This document shows positions 56,948-64,000 of a stretch of 64,000 nucleotides of DNA, in pieces. Each line of letters opens with the position of its first letter. The first letter of the stretch is position 1. The stretch is from a virus (taxonomy: Duplodnaviria; Caudoviricetes). The notes beneath the pieces were generated by a model, which worked only from the letters and a program-made list of their open reading frames with translations, was not told the origin of the DNA and did not search any database. The DNA is taken from the IMG/VR virus record IMGVR_UViG_3300034073_002120. One strand, written 5' to 3'. The translations under genes were made by a program, and so were the position numbers.

Positions 56948-57715
56948 TTAGAATTTAGTTCCGCAATGTGGACAGAACTTATGTGTATCTTTTTTTCTTT
57001 TAGCACCACACTCGCCACAATATAGAATACCTAACTCTTCTTTGTGATATTGTTTATGTGATGTGGGTAAAATTCTCCACGCAACATTATGAAATGAATA
57101 CGAATGGAAAGTTCTATCCGATGATGTAAATTGTTGATTAGATGTATCACCTTTTTCAGTTGTACCGGTTTCTATCTTATTACTTCTAAGATTCGGACCT
57201 GAAAATGTATTTGATGTTAAACTTGCGTTGTTGTAATATGAGGTAGGGGTAGTTCCACTAATTCCTAATGTATTGGTAGTATATGTTGCACCACCTAACC
57301 AATTTCCACTACTACTCGTAGTGATTGTACCATATCCACCATAGAAATGATTGGTAGTATTCTCATTAAAGAATTGTATTTCAACATATCCATTATTATC
57401 AATAGCACCTAAATTAACTGCCTCTTTTCCTACTTCATAGGTTCTGAATACAAATTTGTTATTTGAATCCAAGAAACGTTCTAAAAACACTCTCTCACCT
57501 GGTCTTAATACAATACCACCACCCGATAAGTAATCTTTATCGATTTTGATTTTTGCTAAGATGTGTTTTGGAGTTGGGTTGAATAATTCGATTTGGTATT
57601 CATCTCCATCATTAAGATAGACTTGACCATCGAATTGTTTGATTCTTTGTTTACCTTTTGTGATAAACGCTTGCGGGTTTGACGGACTTCCGCTAGTCCA
57701 GATTGATTGTTTCAT
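56948..57715 (-). CDS. hypothetical beta-rich protein with C-terminal zinc ribbon
   Basis: YQIELFNP...VLRPGERVFLERF; C-terminal CGECG...FCPHCG. Confidence 0.75.
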   Translation of the reverse strand: MKQSIWTSGSPSNPQAFITKGKQRIKQFDGQVYLNDGDEYQIELFNPTPKHILAKIKIDKDYLSGGGIVLRPGERVFLERFLDSNNKFVFRTYEVGKEAVNLGAIDNNGYVEIQFFNENTTNHFYGGYGTITTSSSGNWLGGATYTTNTLGISGTTPTSYYNNASLTSNTFSGPNLRSNKIETGTTEKGDTSNQQFTSSDRTFHSYSFHNVAWRILPTSHKQYHKEELGILYCGECGAKRKKDTHKFCPHCGTKF

Positions 57716-57741
57716 TTTTTTCCTTTGTTTATTTGTTATTT

Positions 57742-57812
57742 AAAACTTCATTCGTTGGTATTTCTCCAACTCAACTGCCTCAAAGGACAGTGAAGGTTTA
57801 ACCACAAGGTTT
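57742..57812 (-). ncRNA. candidate structured 5' leader RNA (three-way junction)
   Basis: P1 CTTCA/TGAAG enclosing P2 CTGTC/GGCAG and P3 GTTGG/CCAAC, preceded by hairpin AACC/GGTT; lies between a TACTTATA motif and the ATG at 57715. Confidence 0.45.
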
Positions 57813-57827
57813 CGAATATAAGTATTA

Positions 57828-59558
57828 CTATTTAATTTTTTTCTTAACGATATAATTTCCTAATACTAATGTATCCATTTCACAATCTAAAAAAGTTTCA
57901 ATTGCATCCTTTGGTGAATTTACAATTGTTTTATCTTTTAAATTGAATGATGTGTTTAGGACAATCGGGTATCCATTATCTCTTTCTAATTGATTTAATA
58001 ATGAATACATTCTTTTATGTTGTCTATTATTTAAGGTTTGAATTCTTGCAGAACCATCTACGTGAGTAATTGCCGGTAAATTATCTATATGTTCTGAATT
58101 TACTTTTACCACTTGATTCATATAGGGAACTAATAGTTTGTAATCAAAATATTTTAATCTATCCTCTTCTTTTACGATTGGAGCAAATGGTCTAAACCCT
58201 TCTCTTTTTTTGATTACTCTATTTACCCTACTTTTCATTTGAGGGTCTCTTGGGTTAGCAAGTATAGAACGATTACCGAGTGCTCGAGAACCAAATTCCA
58301 TTCTACCTTCGTACCAACCAATAACATTTCCATCTGTAATTTCCTTAGAAATAATTGGAATAAGTTCGGAGTGATTTTTGTATTCATACCATACATCGTT
58401 TGATTGTTTATCTAATTCTTCTTTAATTTCATCATTTGAATGCCATGGGCCTAAGTATGGATTCGTATTATCAACTCTACCAGCATTTTCAGTATGAGTA
58501 TAATAATATTCTAAAGCACATCCAATTGCAGAACCGGCATCAGATGGTGCAGGTGGAATCCATAATTGTTTATATGGAGATTCTTTTGTTATTTTTCCGT
58601 TTGCAGTTCCATTATATGCACACCCACCACTTAAACACAAACTATATGATGGATTAGTTGCAAACATTTTATTTATTAAACGGAAAAAGAAATATTCATA
58701 TTGTGATTGAATTGTTGCTGCTAAATCCTTATGATGTTGTTCTATCTTATCTTCTGGTAATCGATTTGGAATACCTAATAATAATCCTAATTTTTCATTA
58801 AACATAGAATTGTTTGAATAATCATATGTGAAATAATCCATATTGATTTCAAACCCACCATCTTCGGTTTCTTTAATAAGTTCTTTAAAATGTTTTGTAT
58901 AAACGTTCGGATTACCATATGGTGCAAGACCCATTACCTTATACTCACCCTCATTTGGTTTAAATCCTAAGAATGCAGTAAATGCAGAATAAATCATTCC
59001 CAACGAATGTGGAAATTTAATATTCTGAATTTTTGTGATTTTATTATTTTCTGCAAATGCTAAAACTGTGGTTTCCCATTCCCCAACACCATCTACTGAA
59101 ATGATTGCTGAACGGTCAAATGGAGATGTGTAATAAGAATACGCAATGTGAGATAAATGATGGTCTCCGTATGATAAAATTATTTTATCGTTTGTGATTT
59201 CATAAATCTTACGTTCCGTTTCTTTATATTTTTGTTTATTTTCTTTTAGAATAGCATTACGTTTGAAGTATTGTAATAACCCACCTCTCTTAGTGGTTTC
59301 TTCGATGCGTTCTAACTTTGTTGTTGGGTTTTCATAAAACGAAACTACCGATACATCCGCACCGGTAATTTTGAATTCGTTATATAACCAATTTATTGCA
59401 TTAGTGGGAAAAGAAGAATCATGTTTAATTCCCGTAAATCTTTCTTCTTCTACTGCTCCTAAAACTTTTCCATCTTTTAATAAACATGCTGCAGAATCAT
59501 GATATCCACATGCTATTCCTAAAATATATTTATTCTTCATCATAATCTTCATCACCAC
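57828..59558 (-). CDS. carbamoyltransferase (NodU/CmcH/TobZ family)
   Basis: GYHDSAACL, EEERF..KH, HHLSH, DGVGE, GEYKVMGLAPYG, SGGCAYN, PAPSDAG, EFGSRALGNRS, FRPFAP, HVDGSARIQT, LNTSFN; true start probably near 59540. Confidence 0.95.
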   Translation of the reverse strand: MVMKIMMKNKYILGIACGYHDSAACLLKDGKVLGAVEEERFTGIKHDSSFPTNAINWLYNEFKITGADVSVVSFYENPTTKLERIEETTKRGGLLQYFKRNAILKENKQKYKETERKIYEITNDKIILSYGDHHLSHIAYSYYTSPFDRSAIISVDGVGEWETTVLAFAENNKITKIQNIKFPHSLGMIYSAFTAFLGFKPNEGEYKVMGLAPYGNPNVYTKHFKELIKETEDGGFEINMDYFTYDYSNNSMFNEKLGLLLGIPNRLPEDKIEQHHKDLAATIQSQYEYFFFRLINKMFATNPSYSLCLSGGCAYNGTANGKITKESPYKQLWIPPAPSDAGSAIGCALEYYYTHTENAGRVDNTNPYLGPWHSNDEIKEELDKQSNDVWYEYKNHSELIPIISKEITDGNVIGWYEGRMEFGSRALGNRSILANPRDPQMKSRVNRVIKKREGFRPFAPIVKEEDRLKYFDYKLLVPYMNQVVKVNSEHIDNLPAITHVDGSARIQTLNNRQHKRMYSLLNQLERDNGYPIVLNTSFNLKDKTIVNSPKDAIETFLDCEMDTLVLGNYIVKKKIK

Positions 59559-60288
59559 TTATTGAATCTGGCGATACCCAAAAAGGTTCATCTCTTACTG
59601 AAAAATCACCTTCTTCTAAATAATCGTTTAACATTTTTTTCTGATGTTGTTTCATTATATTTACCACTTTTGTGATATAATGAGTCTTGCAATCAGTCAT
59701 TTCTCTAATAAGTAGATATAAATGTTTTTTGTTAAAATTTTCTATATAATCACTTCTACGGAATAATTCCAATACCGCATCTGCAATTTGTATATCTCTT
59801 TTTTTATTAAATATGGTTGTTAAATGTTTATCCCAATAGGCTAACATTATATCTTTAAATTCTCTGAATTCAGTTCCTTCTTCGGTTTCGTAAAAATCAT
59901 TCTCAGGATTCCAACTTTCAGGCATTTCAGAAATTAAAGCATTTTGTTTCCAACGTTTGTAGTTTCCGTTGTTTTTTAGAATCAAATGATTCTTTGCAAT
60001 GATGGTAAAATAAGAGAATGCTCTACCCTTACCTTCTTTATACATATGCATTTTTTCTACCATAGTAGAAACTACTTCCATTTGTATATCCTTTTTAGAT
60101 ACATCAAAATATGAAAACTTAAATGTATTTAATACGTTTTCTGCTAACTTTTCAAAAGGATATTTAATTCTTTCTTCGTAAATTTTAGAACGTTTTACGG
60201 GGTCTTTACATTTATTGTATTCTACTATTGCATCTTGTGCAGGTGTTCCAAAATATACTTTATCTTTTGGTTTTCTTGTTTTTGCCAT
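59530..60288 (-). CDS. putative phage sigma factor (T4 gp55-like)
   Basis: DAIVEYN...KLAEN...FSY...RAFSYFTIIAKN, resembling sigma region 2 of gp55-type late sigma factors. Confidence 0.55.
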   Translation of the reverse strand: MAKTRKPKDKVYFGTPAQDAIVEYNKCKDPVKRSKIYEERIKYPFEKLAENVLNTFKFSYFDVSKKDIQMEVVSTMVEKMHMYKEGKGRAFSYFTIIAKNHLILKNNGNYKRWKQNALISEMPESWNPENDFYETEEGTEFREFKDIMLAYWDKHLTTIFNKKRDIQIADAVLELFRRSDYIENFNKKHLYLLIREMTDCKTHYITKVVNIMKQHQKKMLNDYLEEGDFSVRDEPFWVSPDSISGDEDYDEE

Positions 60289-60289
60289 A

Positions 60290-60547
60290 TTAAATTATTT
60301 CATTTAGATTTTCAACAACATCTTTGATTTCTTTGAAAACCACTCCAACTTCATCATCGGATTCAAATGAACCTTTTAAATCTGCATCTCTCAATGCTTC
60401 TAATGCAGTTTCTACTTTTGTTTTAACATCTCTAAGAGTTTCGGTAAGTGTATCTTCTAACTCTTCATTTTGATTCAGTAAATTTCTTACTCCTACAATA
60501 AGTGCAATATTTAGAATTGCAGATATTGATAATATTATATAAATCAT
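60290..60547 (-). CDS. hypothetical protein with N-terminal hydrophobic (TM) helix
   Basis: MIYIILSISAILNIALIVGV followed by a coiled coil. Confidence 0.65.
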   Translation of the reverse strand: MIYIILSISAILNIALIVGVRNLLNQNEELEDTLTETLRDVKTKVETALEALRDADLKGSFESDDEVGVVFKEIKDVVENLNEII

Positions 60548-60559
60548 ATTTTTTGATTT

Positions 60560-60814
60560 TTATGCTTCACCCATCGGTCCGAAATAATTCATCATAGGTG
60601 TTTCATCTTCGGATGGTGGATTCATTTGGTTTTTTAATTGTTCTTCAATTATCTTCGCGTTTCTATCAATTTTACCTTTGATGTCATCAAAACTACAAAC
60701 TCCATTTTCAATTAAAATATTGATTAGAGCATCAATTATAAAACTATGATTTACAATTGTTTGTTCTAACATTTTAATATGTTCTTTTTTAGATAGTTTC
60801 TTTTCTGAGCTCAT
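60560..60814 (-). CDS. hypothetical protein
   Basis: 84-aa ORF in the operon. Confidence 0.65.
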   Translation of the reverse strand: MSSEKKLSKKEHIKMLEQTIVNHSFIIDALINILIENGVCSFDDIKGKIDRNAKIIEEQLKNQMNPPSEDETPMMNYFGPMGEA

Positions 60815-61019
60815 TGATTAAATCTTCAAAGGTTTTACGCTCTTCATCGGTTTCGATAAAGGCTTTATTTATAGTTTCGTGATGATAGCCTAAAGCCGAT
60901 GCCATTCTAATACATATCGTTTTGTATTCAAAAATTGTCATATCATCCGGCACTGTTAGTTCTATATTCGATGCCTCTCTATAATCATCTGCATCGATAG
61001 TAAATGTAAATTTAGCCAT
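60789..61019 (-). CDS. hypothetical protein
   Basis: Likely start MAKF at 61019, 1 nt after the def stop. Confidence 0.65.
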   Translation of the reverse strand: MAKFTFTIDADDYREASNIELTVPDDMTIFEYKTICIRMASALGYHHETINKAFIETDEERKTFEDLINELRKETI

Positions 61020-61020
61020 A

Positions 61021-61638
61021 TTATACAATCTCTGCACCTAACTCTAAGAATGGTTGTGCTTTTTTATATTTCATAAATTCGGTTTTCCCATCTGGTAATT
61101 TAACCATAACCATTTCATTTCTACCATAAGTTTTAGGAGCAATGTATGTAGTTGTATATCTACGTTCTGGGTTTGTAATAAGAATACCATCTAAGTGGTC
61201 GATTTCATGTTGTGCACATACACACTCCATTAAACCAGCATCACCAAAGAATTCATCTGCATCTTTCCAATCGTTGAATTGATTATCTGCTTTAAATTCT
61301 ACAACACCTAAGTTGTCGGTTTCTACTAAAATTCGTTTTGAACGAACTGTTTTAACTGGACTTTTTAATGTCTTATCGATTGATAAACATTGCTCTACAT
61401 AGGCAACAGCATCTTCTGAGCGTTCTATGATTGTTGGGTTGATTAAAACTAACGGCTCGATTACCTTAATTATACATGCACGAACATCCAAACCTAATTG
61501 ATTAGCAGATAATCCAATACCACCGTGTTTTTCTAATTCAGTAGTAAGGGTTTCAGTAATCTTTTGAATTTCTTCAGCAGATAATTTTGAAGGTTTAATC
61601 GGTTTAGATAGTTTAAGTTTGTCTTTTACAATTTGCAT
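61021..61638 (-). CDS. def: peptide deformylase
   Basis: GIGLSANQLG, EQCLS, QHEIDHLDG. Confidence 0.9.
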   Translation of the reverse strand: MQIVKDKLKLSKPIKPSKLSAEEIQKITETLTTELEKHGGIGLSANQLGLDVRACIIKVIEPLVLINPTIIERSEDAVAYVEQCLSIDKTLKSPVKTVRSKRILVETDNLGVVEFKADNQFNDWKDADEFFGDAGLMECVCAQHEIDHLDGILITNPERRYTTTYIAPKTYGRNEMVMVKLPDGKTEFMKYKKAQPFLELGAEIV

Positions 61639-61648
61639 GATATTATTT

Positions 61649-61840
61649 TTATTTATTTGTATAAGGATTTATGTAATTCGGTTTAAAATATTCATCAGTA
61701 TATTCCACATTATCTGGAAATATTGAATGGGTTTCTTTGATTTGTTCGTTGAAAATTCTTCTAATTTTTTCACCCAATTCCGCATTGTTAGGTGTATCTT
61801 TTATTAGTGATACGGGAATTGTTATTGTGTCATTACTCAT
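61649..61840 (-). CDS. hypothetical protein
   Basis: 63-aa ORF downstream of a host-type promoter. Confidence 0.6.
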   Translation of the reverse strand: MSNDTITIPVSLIKDTPNNAELGEKIRRIFNEQIKETHSIFPDNVEYTDEYFKPNYINPYTNK

Positions 61841-61869
61841 AAAATATTTATTATTTGGTTATTGTTATG

Positions 61870-61901
61870 TAAAGATACGAAAATATTTTCATAATTCCAA
61901 A
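61870..61901 (-). promoter_or_regulatory. Bacteroidota-type promoter
   Basis: Minus strand tttg-gaattatgaaaatattttcg-tatcttta. Confidence 0.6.
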
Positions 61902-61902
61902 T

Positions 61903-62859
61903 TTATTTCCAATTAAAATTATTACCCATATGTCCCCATTTGGATGTTTCTGCGTAAGATATATTTCGTAAATCTAAAAAATCAATAATTCCATTTGGTG
62001 ATAAGTCATATCCTTGTACCTCATACAATCGAAGACCGGTTTCAACATTTATACCACTATCATTTCCTTTTATTCTTGCTTGAATAGGTTGTGTTTGGTT
62101 ATTAGAATAACTTAATTCCACTAATGCGTATTGTAATCCATATTGTTTCAAAGAATCAACAGCTATTCTTCTAGCCATATATCCTGCACATCTATCTAAT
62201 TTAGTAGCATCTTTTCCACTATACGAACCACCACCTAACGGAATTCTGGGACCATAATTATCAATTACATTTTGTTTACCTGATGCACCTACTCCATTTA
62301 TCAACCCACCATTAGACCAATCACCATTTGAATTACAATATAATTTATTCAGATGAAAATTTGTAGTATCAAAATATTCTTTTATAATTGTTTCCAATTC
62401 TAATGTGGTAGTATTTTCAAACGATGCCACAACATCTACCCAATCTCCATTTATTGTGATTTGAGTTTTACCTTCAAACGGAAATTGTGTATAAATAAAT
62501 TTATTTAATTCACGAGTATAATGATATTCAAAAGGTAAGTAAGTTTCAGTCTCTTTGGTTGCGTAACCTATCGATATTCCAAATTTATTTATATGAGAAA
62601 TTTTATTAATATTCTTTAATACAATATTAACGTTTTCTATATTAGAAATGTTATAAACAATTTCAATTATTTCTGAATCAGATAAATGTCCATCACTTGC
62701 AACTTCTCCAATAATATTTAAAACACCAAATCCACCACTCACTTGAATATTACATTGCGTGTACGGGTCTTGTTCTAAATATTTATCAAATATTGTGTCA
62801 GATATAATATCACACAATTTATCTGGATGTTTAGGTGATATGAATTCTGATGTTCTCAT
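61903..62859 (-). CDS. metK: S-adenosylmethionine synthetase homolog with degenerate active site
   Basis: TSE...HPDK, GYAT.ET, GGGSYSGKDATKLDR, YAETSKWGHMG; GDQG and GRK motifs altered. Confidence 0.8.
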   Translation of the reverse strand: MRTSEFISPKHPDKLCDIISDTIFDKYLEQDPYTQCNIQVSGGFGVLNIIGEVASDGHLSDSEIIEIVYNISNIENVNIVLKNINKISHINKFGISIGYATKETETYLPFEYHYTRELNKFIYTQFPFEGKTQITINGDWVDVVASFENTTTLELETIIKEYFDTTNFHLNKLYCNSNGDWSNGGLINGVGASGKQNVIDNYGPRIPLGGGSYSGKDATKLDRCAGYMARRIAVDSLKQYGLQYALVELSYSNNQTQPIQARIKGNDSGINVETGLRLYEVQGYDLSPNGIIDFLDLRNISYAETSKWGHMGNNFNWK

Positions 62860-63101
62860 TTAAATTTATTTAACGTTTTTTCGTTAGTTTTTGTTTTCGT
62901 TTTCTTTGCCTCTTTATTTTGTTTTTCTATAACTTTCATTCTAGCAAAATAGGCTGGTTTCCATTTATACTCTACTGATATTGGACCATTTGGAAATTTC
63001 TTTTTATCATATTTCCAAATTGATATAGATTCATCGTCTTCGTAGGTATATTCAAATTTGGTAGGTTTATCCTTCATCGAAGGTTCTGGTCTCTTTGCCA
63101 T
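62856..63101 (-). CDS. hypothetical basic protein
   Basis: 81-aa ORF with TAAGTT-ATG leader. Confidence 0.65.
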   Translation of the reverse strand: MAKRPEPSMKDKPTKFEYTYEDDESISIWKYDKKKFPNGPISVEYKWKPAYFARMKVIEKQNKEAKKTKTKTNEKTLNKFK

Positions 63102-63109
63102 AACTTAAA

Positions 63110-64000
63110 TTAAAATGAAAAAAATTTATTTATTGTTTCCTTATCAACTCTACTCTCCTTTCGCATCTCATCAATTGGTTTTAGTAATTCATCATATCCA
63201 TCTATTGGTTCACCAACATACTCATGACAATATGATGCTCGTTGATACATTGTCTTATACACCTCTGAATGGTCATTATTATCGTTTCTAATCTTTCCGT
63301 TAAATAAAGTAGGTTTCCAACTTTCGGTATGAATATTTCGATAAATACCCAACGCAGGATTGATAGTTTTAGTGTAATACTTTGCATGCATATTTTTAAG
63401 AATACCACCACTCCATTCAGATATTTTACTACCAATACTCATTCCTTGATAATCTGGATGAACTACGATTCTACTTTCTCTGAATACTTTGAATCCACCA
63501 TTCTTACCCAAATGTCTTCCAATTACATTTATTGCTACAGGTTTATCGTTCCATTCAAATAGAAGATAGATGTAGGTTTTGTTTGCGTTTTGTGTTAGAT
63601 AATGATGTTCTTTGAAGAAGTCCCAAGCTTCAGGTTCAACCCTACTAACTGATAAAGTGATTTCCGGTCTCCCTTGCCGAAGATAGTCAGGTCTTTCGAA
63701 CCCGCCTCCTTTTGATGGTGAATATATCCAATCCGGCATTATCCACTCCATAATATCAAAGTGACAGGATGCTAAGATAATCTTTTTTCCTTCCCTACGA
63801 ATGTATTTTTGTAATGCGAAACTCATTGCCTTTGCAACATCTCTATCAACAACCGATGTGTATTCATCAATTAAAATAGTATCACCATCTTTTGCAGATG
63901 AAACTAAATATGCAAGATATGCACGATATTGTTCTCCATTACTTAATAAACGAAACGGTCTTAACCAAGTGGGAACTGATGATAATCCTATCGATGTTAG
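63110..64000 (-). CDS. ABC-ATPase-GNAT acetyltransferase fusion, 5' end outside window
   Basis: Frame open to 64000: ...LLSNGEQYRA (ABC signature), ILIDEYTSVVD (Walker B), ASCH; then GNAT-like ESRIVVHPDYQGMSIG. Confidence 0.8.
   Translation of the reverse strand, partial: LTSIGLSSVPTWLRPFRLLSNGEQYRAYLAYLVSSAKDGDTILIDEYTSVVDRDVAKAMSFALQKYIRREGKKIILASCHFDIMEWIMPDWIYSPSKGGGFERPDYLRQGRPEITLSVSRVEPEAWDFFKEHHYLTQNANKTYIYLLFEWNDKPVAINVIGRHLGKNGGFKVFRESRIVVHPDYQGMSIGSKISEWSGGILKNMHAKYYTKTINPALGIYRNIHTESWKPTLFNGKIRNDNNDHSEVYKTMYQRASYCHEYVGEPIDGYDELLKPIDEMRKESRVDKETINKFFSF

Noticed and set aside
57742-57799. Hammerhead ribozyme or known riboswitch assignment
   Set aside because: The CUGANGA/GAAA core and the SAM, purine, c-di-GMP or glnA signatures are absent; kept only as an unassigned structure.
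4258-63562. Numerous short plus-strand and nested minus-strand ORFs in the track (e.g. 4258, 7095, 13650, 30577, 49299, 54864, 26103, 32186)
   Set aside because: All lie fully inside longer motif-bearing genes, show no recognisable motifs, and are expected shadows in AT-rich DNA.
1-64000. Alternative genetic code, introns/inteins, DGR, tRNAs, integrase or transposase
   Set aside because: Genes are full length in code 11 with tight coupling. I saw no interrupted conserved domains, no reverse transcriptase or TR/VR pair, and no cloverleaf or recombinase motifs by eye; tRNAscan-SE and Infernal were not run.

Overview
This window is a gene-dense, very AT-rich segment of a large tailed (myovirus-like) bacteriophage genome. 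Four matches to the Bacteroidota housekeeping promoter (TTTG-N20-TAnnTTTG) point to a Bacteroidota host. All convincing genes but one lie on the minus strand. In transcription order (64000 to 1) the blocks are: (i) a host-takeover/modification block with an ABC-ATPase-GNAT fusion, a degenerate MetK, peptide deformylase, a gp55-like sigma factor and a NodU/CmcH carbamoyltransferase; (ii) a virion block with an Ntn hydrolase, a baseplate spike-like protein, M15 and GH19 peptidoglycan hydrolases, gp25, gp6-like wedge and large structural proteins; (iii) a short replication block with a GIY-YIG-like protein, primase and a fused SbcD-SbcC (Mre11-Rad50); (iv) a 1710-aa tail fibre with an S74 chaperone and a mucin-like Thr-rich protein; (v) a ~23 kb glycosylation island. 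The island holds a plant HPAT/SERGT-like (GT95/96) peptide O-glycosyltransferase next to the Thr-rich gene, GT4, GT2-like, two GT7-LamG enzymes and a GT10-like paralog family. It also holds a putative split ribofuranosyltransferase (PRT plus HAD), a split minimal TPP enzyme, three SDR epimerases, RmlC, three radical SAM proteins, a methyltransferase, a 2OG oxygenase and a cytidylyltransferase. The best candidate for an undescribed system is a phage-encoded protein O-glycosylation pathway that builds an elaborate glycan on mucin-like virion proteins. Also noted: a lone plus-strand RHH gene missed by the ORF track, a recurring TAYTTAT(A) late-promoter candidate, a three-way-junction leader RNA, and a split between SD-led and SD-less genes. 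I saw no tRNA, rRNA, CRISPR array, integrase or transposase. All family assignments come from motifs recognised by eye and from memory, not from database searches.
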